Source: Octopus sinensis | Taxonomy: Eukaryota | Length of the DNA: 7,821 bases | Assembly (NCBI RefSeq): GCF_006345805.1 | Contig: NW_021828608.1 | Location: forward strand, 1-7,821 | Direction: 5' to 3' | In this document: piece after piece, positions 1-7,821 of the stretch | Layout of the letters: each line of letters opens with the position of its first letter | How positions within the stretch are numbered: the stretch's first letter is position 1 | The notes under the pieces: model-generated | Databases searched by the model: none | Told to the model about the DNA's origin: nothing | Seen by the model: the letters and a program-made list of their open reading frames with translations, nothing else | Made by a program: the position numbers and the translations under genes

Positions 1-999
1 ACGTCAACAGAATCAACCAGGGGCCATAGTTGGAATGTGTGCCGTAAACCCTTTACCATTTCTGTGGTACCTTACTTCTTCTGATGCCCCAAGTACGTAC
101 GTTCTTTGCTTAATTTCAGGATGCTTTGAAATATATTAACAAAAGTTAGCTTATACTCAGCGTAGCTTTATTTAGCCGTTACGAAGTTTATCTCATCTGC
201 GACAAGATGGAAGTAATATAAATTAATTCTGTAAAATAATCTTTTTCTTGTGTAACAAGCTTACCATTAAGTCGTAAAGCTCTCACTAGTTCGCCATTGA
301 TGACAAGCTGGTTGTCAGCAAGTGACAGAGTAATAGAAAGAAAGACGTTATCTTAATGTTACTGTCAGAAAAAGAATACCTAGTTAAACTTTTGAAATCG
401 CAGAAAAAGAAAAAAAATGTTAACTTCCTGAAATTTGCTAAGTAAAGAGAATGTTTTTCTGAACGTGTTTCATATTTATAGCTGTTCTAAGACTAGAACT
501 AAGTCAGTAACAACAGAATCAAATGAGTTGTCTCAATTGAACTCTGTATATTATCTAAGGTGGTGATGAATTTGACAGGGGACATCAATGAATTCTGAGT
601 GCAGATTCCAATTTCAATGGAAGCTAATGTGCAGACTGAAGTTTCGAATCCTAGTTTCGAATTTCCTGTATAACTGCCACACATTATTTGTAGTCTTAGA
701 TACCCTTAAAACATGCGATAGCTATGGCTGGAATGTCTTTGATCATAGATCTGCTCAATTAGGGCTGACCTGGGGCTAAACTACTACAACATTCGCAGGC
801 GTAAAGAAATACAGAAAATTTCAGCCCAAACAACAACGGCTGATCACTATATGACGTGGTGTGGTGTGGAGTATAACCCTCGGCTTGGTGAAGGTATGAT
901 ATATCTAGAACAAGACATCTGTACACTGTCCTAGTGGTTTGGCCGATAACCTGAGTATCATACGACGGCCCAATCAGAGCTAACCTTCAGCTTCACTGT

Positions 1000-1059
1000 A
1001 ACAACAACAATAATAACAATAACAACAACGACAACAACAACAATAACAATAACAACAAC
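1000..1059. repeat. (AAC/AAT)n trinucleotide microsatellite
   Basis: Continuous aacaacaataataacaat... run read directly. Confidence 0.95.
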
Positions 1060-1080
1060 ACAGACACATATATATATATT

Positions 1081-1325
1081 TCTTCTAGAGTTAGCTGAGC
1101 AATCTTAATTAAGAAGAGTTAATTTTTTTACGACCAATCACTAACAGAGCAAGATATCTCATTAGCTGTAGAAGAAAGATAAAGTTCCGGCGGAGATGAA
1201 CAAGTTAGAATGTAATGAACGAGAATTTTAATAGAAAATCTATTGAACGATACAGCTTGGTATAAACATTTGAGAACGAACAAATGTATGTCTGCTTGCC
1301 AATTTGCTGAACGTCTTTCAGATGA
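1081..1325. mobile_element. Putative fragment of an unclassified interspersed repeat
   Basis: Complex-sequence block bounded on both sides by TA/TACA microsatellites. Its start (1085-1103) matches 3963-3981 at 17/19. Family not recognised. Confidence 0.3.
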
Positions 1326-1492
1326 TATGTATACATACATACATACATATATAATATATATATATATATAGGTGTGTGTGTGGTGTGTGTGGTGTGTGTG
1401 TGTATGTATGCATGCAAATATATCATATATATTATTAATATCTTATATATATACATATGTATATCATATAGGTTTGTTTGTAGCTATGCATG

Positions 1493-1531
<39 letters not shown>

Positions 1532-1629
1532 TATGTGAAGGTTTGTCTGCATCTACGCATGTATGCGTACACAGACAAGCATCTAGCTATACATACATGT
1601 GCATCTGTGTGAATGTATGTATGTATGTA

Positions 1630-1678
<49 letters not shown>

Positions 1679-1680
1679 AT
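1326..1680. repeat. Compound microsatellite cluster: (TACA)n, (TA)n, (TG)n, (TATG)n
   Basis: Read directly. The longest pure blocks are about 1497-1523 (TA) and 1613-1672 (TATG then TG). Confidence 0.9.
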
Positions 1681-1848
1681 GTTTGCGTGTGTAGTCAAGT
1701 AATTCTCCCGGTGCATGCACCCTGGTAGTTACTTCTTATGCAAGTACAGCACGAACTCTTCGCTGTATAAACTACTTAAGAACTTTTCCAGTCAGAATAT
1801 TTTATCGCAATTATTCTCAGCATACTCATTACCAATTCGTATAAATTT

Positions 1849-1914
1849 GGCTGTGATGGTTGTGCGGTTTAGAAGTTCGCTTTAATTTCGGATTCAGCTC
1901 CATTGCATCTTAGG
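1849..1914 (+). mobile_element. Degenerate 5' head of a tRNA-derived SINE, same type as 4401-4783, ending at a mariner insertion
   Basis: tggttgtgcggtttagaagttcgctt resembles the reverse complement of the head near 4750-4775 (tggttgcttggtaagaagcttgct). ttcggattcag resembles ttccgggttcag (B-box region). Similarity stops at the TA (1915-1916) before the mariner TIR. Confidence 0.4.
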
Positions 1915-1916
1915 TA

Positions 1917-2144
1917 TTAGGTTGTCAAGAAGGTTCTTGCGGAATTTTTCATTTTGGTTTTTTATATGATGTATTTTCAAATTAATTTTCGTTAAATTAC
2001 TTTGACTTTATATATCATTTTAAAACCCGTTTTTCGCTCTATCTAATCGTATTACTCTTTTTTTTTTTTTAATAATTAGGCCATTTTTTCCGGAACGTTG
2101 AATACAACGTGGACAAAAAGCAAATCCGCACAATTTTATTGTAT
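1917..2144 (+). mobile_element. 5' fragment of a mariner element: left TIR, 5' UTR and first 12 transposase codons
   Basis: TA followed by TTAGGTTGTC, identical over 10 nt to the right TIR of 5145-6058. At 2109-2144, (V/M)DKKQIRTILLY resembles the typical mariner transposase N-terminus (..QIR.IFLYEFKLG). The sequence then breaks into TA-rich DNA. Confidence 0.7.
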
Positions 2145-2255
2145 TTGTGTAACAAATATAGATACATGCTCATATATGTTCACATCCTATATGTTTGCTT
2201 ATATGCGCATATATGTATATATCCTGTGAACATATATGCTCATGTATGTATATAT

Positions 2256-2463
2256 CTTGAAAAGTTCCTGGCATTAAGGGTATCACTAAAGGTCTTGTTG
2301 GAGACTCGACATCGTTAGGTTCTTTTACAGGGATTAGAAAAACTGAAGGATCACTGCAACAGGTGCATGAATCTGAGAAGGCAACATGTTGAATAAAATC
2401 TTAATTGACTGATCCTCTAAATTAACTTACCCAAAGCCAGGACGTTTTCTGCTCGTCCTCAAG
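2256..2463 (+). mobile_element. Mariner-derived MITE or deletion derivative that keeps only the transposase C-terminal codons
   Basis: Inverted repeats GAAAAGTTCCTGGC (2259-2272) and GCCAGGACGTTTTC (2436-2449) match at 12/14. 2325-2396 translates to LQGLEKLKDHCNRCMNLRRQHVE*, similar to the mariner C-terminus (GI..L..RW.KC....G.YVE*). TA lies at 2464-2465. Confidence 0.7.
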
Positions 2464-2468
2464 TAAAC

Positions 2469-2527
2469 ATGCATGCATACATACATACATACATACATAC
2501 ATACATACATACATACATACATACATT

Positions 2528-2610
<83 letters not shown>
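2469..2610. repeat. (CATA)n-(CA)n-(TA)n compound microsatellite
   Basis: Read directly. Confidence 0.95.
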
Positions 2611-2611
<1 letters not shown>

Positions 2612-2616
<5 letters not shown>

Positions 2617-3034
2617 CAAAATGGGACAAGAACGCAAACATCCGGACAGTTAAGTGATACAAAAATGGAACAACAAAACATCCAGACAGGCGATACAAAG
2701 AAAACAAGGACGGGTCATTCGGAGTTTTCTTTCCTCAGTCGAGTACCAGATTATCTTCGCAATTTCGGCTGATTATACTGGAGATTGCTCCAGTCTGACC
2801 AGCCCCAAGAAAAACTAAGCTAAGAGCATCAGATTCCTTGCAAGAAAGCAGCGAATGTATATGAAAGCAAAGACGGAAAAAAAACGGAGAATGTTGCACA
2901 AATACAATAAAAATTATAGCAGGGCATAACATCAGGTGTCTTTCGACTAAGAACGATTTAAATTAAGCTGGCGTGTGTGGAAATAAAGCCTAACGGCAGG
3001 GATACAAGATTTCACGGGCACAGGGAGGAATATA
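2612..3034 (-). mobile_element. Unclassified interspersed repeat, copy A (strand is relative to copies B and C)
   Basis: Collinear with the reverse complement of 7402-7818 over about 420 bp, roughly 80% identical by eye. Flanked by (TA)n on both sides. Confidence 0.85.
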
Positions 3035-3062
3035 TATATATATATATATAATATATATATAT

Positions 3063-3098
<36 letters not shown>
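3031..3098. repeat. (TA)n then (GA)n microsatellite
   Basis: Read directly. Confidence 0.95.
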
Positions 3099-3102
<4 letters not shown>

Positions 3103-3504
3103 ACAACGAGAGAGTGGGCGAATCAGAGTGTGAGAGCATGCGTATTTATTCATCTATATAACTATCTATCTACCCATCTCGAATAAACGACATTTCCATC
3201 AAAGCGGCATTTTCGCCAACCACTCACCCTTACAAGTCCACACACCATAACCGTTCTAAACCTATTCTGATCACATATCTAAAGCAAATCCAGTTGAAAT
3301 ATCTCAAGTAGATTTCCACACTAAACTAATTGACAAATTGTTATGGCACTACATTCAGTAATGGAAGAACCGGTCCATCGTAGTCATAGTAATGACTAAA
3401 GTACTTTGTAAGTACTCATACACACATACACACACACAATACCTTAGTCACTGCTATGAATTTATGTATAATACATATTGTTTATATACAGATTTATAGA
3501 AGTG

Positions 3505-3833
3505 TCTACATATATACGTATCCTAATATATATACATACATATATTTTTATATATGAGTGTATGTGTATATATATTTAAATGCACGCACACACACACACA
3601 CATATATATATATGTATGTATATCTCTATGTGTATATATATGTGTGTGTGCAATGTGTGTATGTGTGTGTGTATGTGTGTGTGTGTGTGTATTTATGTAT
3701 AAGAGTTTCCTGTTCTCACCTTTCGAACAATATAATATCTCTTATGCATGTGTGTTTGTGTATGTATGTATTGTTTATACATATATGCGTATACACACAC
3801 ATACATATATGTATGCGTAAAGGTGTGTGTGTG

Positions 3834-3877
<44 letters not shown>
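3505..3877. repeat. Mixed TA/CA/TG microsatellite field
   Basis: Read directly. A nearly pure (TG)n block lies at about 3823-3877. Confidence 0.9.
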
Positions 3878-3881
<4 letters not shown>

Positions 3882-3923
3882 GATCTTCCTGTTCTCTACT
3901 TTCGAACAATATAACGTCTCTTA
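3707..3923 (+). repeat. 38-bp direct repeat (3707-3744 and 3886-3923), each copy following a (TG)n tract
   Basis: ttcctgttctc-acc/tac-tttcgaacaatataa-ta/cg-tctctta; 34/38 identical, 179 bp apart. Confidence 0.9.
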
Positions 3924-4211
3924 CAAAGATGACAGGGAATTTTCTTTGAGCCGAATTGACAGCTAGAGTGAGCTAAGCAATTCAAACAACTACATAGAAA
4001 TTGGCTAGTGTTGGCCTATGTTTCATGTATTCTTTTAGTCTTACATCTTTTTTTTATTCTTGTATTCTTGTATTCTGGTATTCGTTTGGTCCTATATTTT
4101 TTTATTCCTATATTCTGGCATTCTTTTACTAATTTCAGTCATTGGAGTGTGGCCGGGTAGTGTCATTGCTTTGAAGGGTTTTAGATTTTTAGATTACATC
4201 GACATCTTGTG

Positions 4212-4396
<185 letters not shown>

Positions 4397-4400
4397 TCAT

Positions 4401-4783
4401 TCTTTTATTCTTTATTTTGTTTCAGTCATTTGACTGCGGCCATGCTGGAGCACCGTCTTCAGTCGAACAAATCGACTCCAGGACTTATTCTTTGTAAGCC
4501 TAGCACTAGTTCTGTCGGTCTCTTTTGCTGAATCGCTAAGTTCGTAAACACACCAACATCGGTTGTCAAGCGATGGTGGGAGGACAAAAACAGACACACA
4601 CACACACGCATACACACATACACACATATTTATGTACGACGGTCTTCTTTAAGTTTCCGTCTACCAAATCCACTCACAAGACTTTGGTAATCCCGCGGCT
4701 ATAGTAGAAGACACGCCCAAGAGACTGAACCCGGAACCATGTAGTTGGGGAGCAAGCTTCTTACCAAGCAACCACGCCTGTGT
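4401..4783 (-). mobile_element. Near full-length tRNA-derived SINE (Octopus-type) with an internal (CA/TG)n tract
   Basis: On the minus strand: A-box-like TGGTTGCTTGG, B-box-like GGTTCAGTC, a body ending ...CATGGCCGCAGTCAAATGACTGAAAC, and an A-rich tail. Matches an abundant Octopus SINE consensus as I recall it. A short deletion follows the B-box region relative to that recalled consensus. Exact family name not assigned. Confidence 0.85.
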
Positions 4784-4814
4784 CAATATGTATATGAATG
4801 TATATATATATATA

Positions 4815-4938
4815 TATCAGCCGAAATTGCGAGGATGATCCGGTTCTTGACTGAAGATTGAAGGCTTCGAATGTCCCGTCCGTGTTTTTTGTATCGTCTT
4901 CTAAATGTTTTGCGTTCTTGTCCCAGTTTGTATTTTTT
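4815..4938 (+). mobile_element. Unclassified interspersed repeat, short divergent copy B
   Basis: cagccgaaattgcga...gactgaaga...gaatgtcccgtcc...gtatcgtct...atgttttgcgttcttgtccca aligns to about 7660-7815 and to the reverse complement of 2612-2772. Embedded in (TA)n. Confidence 0.85.
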
Positions 4939-4939
4939 T

Positions 4940-5142
4940 ACATATACATAAATATATATATATATATATATATGATTATATATACATATATAAATGCATA
5001 TATATGTATATATTTAGATATTTATATATATATATATGTATATATACACACACATACACAAGTATATATACCTACATGTATATATATCAAAATGAGTGTA
5101 TGTGTGTGCGCGCGCGCGCGTGTGTGTGTGTGTGCTTGTGTG
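4940..5142. repeat. (TA)n / (CA)n / (TG)n-(CG)6-(TG)n microsatellite field
   Basis: Read directly. (CG)6 lies at 5109-5120. Confidence 0.93.
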
Positions 5143-5219
5143 TATTAAGTTGTCTCATGAAAGGTATTTGAAAAAGGAAACAATAAAATTGTTTTTTAAA
5201 TTTTGGAATATTTATTTAG

Positions 5220-5918
5220 TTAATCAAAATAAGATCCTTCTTCATTTATGACCTTCATCCAGCGTTCCTCTAAGGCATATATTCCATCTTCAAAGAATTA
5301 GTCATCTTTAACACTGATAAACTGTTCCAATGCTTGCTTCAGTTAACTCTTCTTTATTTAAGATTGTTTTGTTGCGTTCGAAGTGTTTAACTATGTGATA
5401 ATCAGTAGGAGAGATATCAGGAGAATAAGGAAGATGTGCCAAAATTTCGTTATTCAGGCTTTGCAACTTGTGGACCGTAGCTGTAGAAGTGTGAGGCCGT
5501 GCATTATCATAAAGCAAAATTGGGCCATCTCTATTCACTAATCTGGGTTTCCATCTTCTTAGTGTTTCTGGGTTTCCATCTTCTTGATTTTTTCAATTTT
5601 CTTCAAGTGTCGAAAAGCAGTTGCGGGGGATGTCTGGAGCTCTGATCCGACTTTTCGGACCGTTGTTCTAGGATTTCGTTTAACCAAAGCATTCAATTCA
5701 TCATGCCGAATAACTGATCTTGGTCTCCCTCTTGGTTCATTTTTAAGTCTTTTATTTCCTGAACGAAATCTTTGGAGCCATCTCTAAATAGTTCTAATGT
5801 CAACAGAATCGTCACCAAAAGCCCGTTTGATATTTCGTAGAGCTTCGGTGGCAGAGTGACCCAACTTGTGTTCGTACCAGAAAATGACTCGGTATTGTTC
5901 AGTTGTCAACATTGCCAT
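5220..5918 (-). pseudogene. Mariner transposase pseudogene (stops, a frameshift and a central deletion)
   Basis: N-terminal HTH region: MLTTEQYRVIFWYEHKLGHSATEALRNIKRAFGDDSVDIRTI*RWLQRFRSGNKDLKNEPRGRP...HLKKIEKIKKM (TAG at 5784-5786). Catalytic part: PILLYDNARPH...HLPYSPDISPTDYH, with exactly 34 residues between the two Ds and a YSPD motif. After a frameshift: QALEQFISVKDD*FFEDGIYALEERWMKVINEEGSYFD* (final stop 5220-5222). WVPHEL and the first catalytic D are missing. Confidence 0.95.
5542..5585. repeat. Perfect 19-bp direct repeat with a 6-bp spacer at the mariner deletion junction
   Basis: TCTGGGTTTCCATCTTCTT at 5542-5560 and 5567-5585. Confidence 0.97.
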
Positions 5919-6058
5919 AAGAGCTGTGAGTAGTAATTTTGAATAATAGTATTGTCTAGAAAGAAAATGAGTTAAGAGTAAACACAAGCATATACATAGA
6001 AAGTCATTAAAAATCCATTTACAGATGACTCATAAGAAACTCATGTGAGACAACCTAA

Positions 6059-6158
6059 TACATACATACATACATACATACATACATACATACATACATA
6101 ATACATACATACATACATCATATATATAGATATATACTTATATATATATTTACATGTC

Positions 6159-6207
<49 letters not shown>

Positions 6208-6232
6208 CATATATATATATATATATATTTTA
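6059..6232. repeat. (CATA)n then (TA)n microsatellite
   Basis: Read directly. It begins at the mariner right-hand TA. Confidence 0.95.
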
Positions 6233-6663
6233 CATAACATAATATGTATGTATATGTTTAGATAGTGTATGTCAAGATTGGGTAAAGTCGCCGTATATAT
6301 TTACAATTTTATAATAACATAATGTAAGGTAATATAATATAATGAAATGATAGAATATTAACGTCCGTTCTGATTGAACTAATACTTTCATTAAACTATG
6401 CAATCTTCAGGTTCATGTAGTAGTAGTAACGGTTGTGTTTCACAATTTACAACTGTAGTGAGATGGCCAAAATGTTTGCCTTAAATACATTTGTATAGGT
6501 TCACAAATGTTAAGTTTTGCTAACTGTATTCTGACCAATCAGTGTGTGGCTTTACTAAATTACTTCAGTCAATTAGTTTGGGTTTAGGCGTCACGGTTTG
6601 ATGAACATGTCAAGAGACCTGTATTTTGACCATGGACAAAGCAGTAATTATTTGGCTATTTTA

Positions 6664-6860
6664 GAAATACTTAGCGGTATTTCGTCTGCCGCTACATTCT
6701 GAGTTCAAATTCCGCCGAGGTCGACTTTGCCTTTCATCCTTTCGGGGTCGATAAATTAAGTACCAGTTACGCACTGGGGTCGATATAATTGACTTAATCC
6801 GTTTGTCTGTCCTTATTTGTCCCCTCTATGTTTAGCCCTTTGTGGGTAGTAAAGAAATAG
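6664..6860 (+). mobile_element. 5'-truncated tRNA-type SINE (second Octopus-type family), unit 1 of a tandem dimer
   Basis: B-box-like GAGTTCAAATTCC and core GCCTTTCATCCTTTCGGGGTCGATAAATTAAGTACCAG, which resembles a Meta-type SINE core as I recall it. No A box in this copy. Confidence 0.85.
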
Positions 6861-7044
6861 ATGTTTCGTCTGCCGTTACGTTCTGAGTTCAAAATCCACC
6901 GAGGTCGACTTTGCCTTTCATCCTTTCAGGGTTGATAAATTAAGTACCTGTTACGCACTGGGGTCGATCTAATCGACTTAATCCCTTTGTCTGACCTTGT
7001 TTGTCCCCTCTATGTTTAGCCCCTAGTGAGCAATAAATAAATAA
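6861..7044 (+). mobile_element. SINE unit 2 of the tandem dimer
   Basis: Gap-free alignment of 6865-7044 with 6681-6860 gives 19 mismatches in 180 nt (about 89%), period 184 bp. Ends in a (TAAA)n-like tail. Confidence 0.9.
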
Positions 7045-7082
7045 AAATATTGTAAACATTTCCCAGATTCTTTACATTTGAA

Positions 7083-7150
7083 TTATCATCATCACCATTA
7101 TCATCACCTTTATTATTGTTGTCGTTGGTAGTGGTGGTGGTGGTAGTAGG
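7083..7150. repeat. Trinucleotide low-complexity tract: (ATC/CAC)n then (GTT/GGT/GTA)n
   Basis: Read directly. Confidence 0.8.
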
Positions 7151-7225
7151 AGTATCTGTGGTAACAGAATTTTAAACCCAAAATAAGATTATTTTTACTG
7201 ACTTTTCTCTTATATATATATATAT

Positions 7226-7336
7226 CTTCATCATCACCTTCCCTCCTCTTTCACTTCTCCCTGTCCCTTTCATGTTTTCCTCGTCCCTCCCTAATTCCCC
7301 TCTCCCTCTGCCTCTACCTCTCTCTCTTCTCTCTCC
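7226..7336. repeat. Polypyrimidine low-complexity tract following (TA)n
   Basis: Strongly C/T-biased for about 110 bp. It may be the 5' extension of repeat copy C. Confidence 0.7.
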
Positions 7337-7401
7337 ATGTGACCGGTGTTCGACCAAGCCTGACCTTTCTTTCTTGGTTCGACTACCATCCATGCAACAT
7401 C

Positions 7402-7818
7402 TATATTCCTCCCTATGCCTGCCATCCCTTATGTCCCTGCCGTAAGGCTTTACTTCAACACACGCCAGCCTAATTTAATTCGTCCTTAGTCGAAATACAC
7501 CTATTGTTATGTCCTTTATTTGCATTTGTATTTGTGTACCATTTGTCCGTTTTTCCCGTCCTTATTTTCGTATACATTCGCTGCTTTCTTCAAGGAATCT
7601 AATGCTCTTAGCTTAGTTTTTTCCTTGGGGCTCGTCCACATGGAGCAATCTCGAGTATAACCGCCGAAATTGCAAAGATAATCTGGAACTCGACTGAAGA
7701 AGAAACTCCGAATGACCCGTCCTTGTTTTCTTTGTATCGTCTGTCTGGATGTTTTGTGTTCCTTTTTGTATCATCTAAGTGTCTTGATGTTTTGCGTTCT
7801 TGTCCCATTTTTGGTATT
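7402..7818 (+). mobile_element. Unclassified interspersed repeat, copy C (may extend 5' to about 7226)
   Basis: Inverted homologue of 2612-3034 and direct homologue of 4815-4938. Confidence 0.85.
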
Positions 7819-7821
7819 CCC

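Larger units (their letters stand above)
5145..6058 (-). mobile_element. Internally deleted mariner (Tc1/mariner, D34D) DNA transposon, 914 bp, with both TIRs and TA TSD
   Basis: Ends are TA|TTAAGTTGTCTCA (TA at 5143-5144) and TGAGACAACCTAA|TA (TA at 6059-6060), a 12/13 inverted match. It contains mariner transposase remnants on the minus strand. Confidence 0.95.

Noticed and set aside
1-150. Open frame of 45 codons from position 1, an NVCRKPF zinc-finger-like word, and a tttcAG acceptor-like site at about 118-119
   Set aside because: No C2H2 spacing and no recognisable protein. The donor-acceptor gap would be a 28-nt intron. Cannot be judged at the window edge.
499-779. Overlapping ORFs 499-684 (-) and 588-779 (+)
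   Set aside because: Short, with no recognisable domain or convincing splice context. A small AGTTTCGAAT duplication (640-649 and 653-662) is within chance or slippage expectation.
1917-2463. Mariner N-terminal and C-terminal fragments as two ends of one element
   Set aside because: The downstream piece has its own left TIR, which differs from the TTAGGTTGTC type, so these are separate elements.
4412-4627. 71-aa ORF
   Set aside because: It lies wholly within the SINE and its internal microsatellite.
6664-7044. CRISPR array or tRNA gene
   Set aside because: These are two 184-bp near-identical units with no repeat-spacer structure. There is only a B-box-like motif and no cloverleaf.
7608-7808. 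ORF 7608-7808 and the homologous part of ORF 2473-2772 as a conserved small protein
   Set aside because: The homologous DNA is read in different frames in the two copies, with indels that are not multiples of 3, so coding is not conserved.

Overview
AT-rich, repeat-saturated eukaryotic intronic or intergenic DNA, most likely from an octopus or other coleoid cephalopod. That assignment rests on my recollection of Octopus tRNA-derived SINE consensuses and the density of compound microsatellites, not on a search. No intact protein-coding gene is supportable. The ORFs in the track are microsatellite read-throughs, repeat-derived, transposase remnants or unrecognisable. By hand tally about 60-65% of the window is TE-derived or simple repeat. 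Main contents: (i) a 914-bp internally deleted mariner (D34D) element with both terminal inverted repeats (TIRs) and TA target-site duplication (TSD) at 5145-6058; (ii) a 5' fragment of a second mariner and a mariner-derived MITE from a third lineage; (iii) two tRNA-type SINE families, one present as a head-to-tail dimer; (iv) three copies of an unclassified interspersed repeat of at least 420 bp in opposing orientations. I found no convincing new biological system. The best leads are the templated duplication at the mariner deletion junction, the unclassified repeat family with partial hammerhead-like motifs, and long inverted repeat pairs that could form ADAR substrates.
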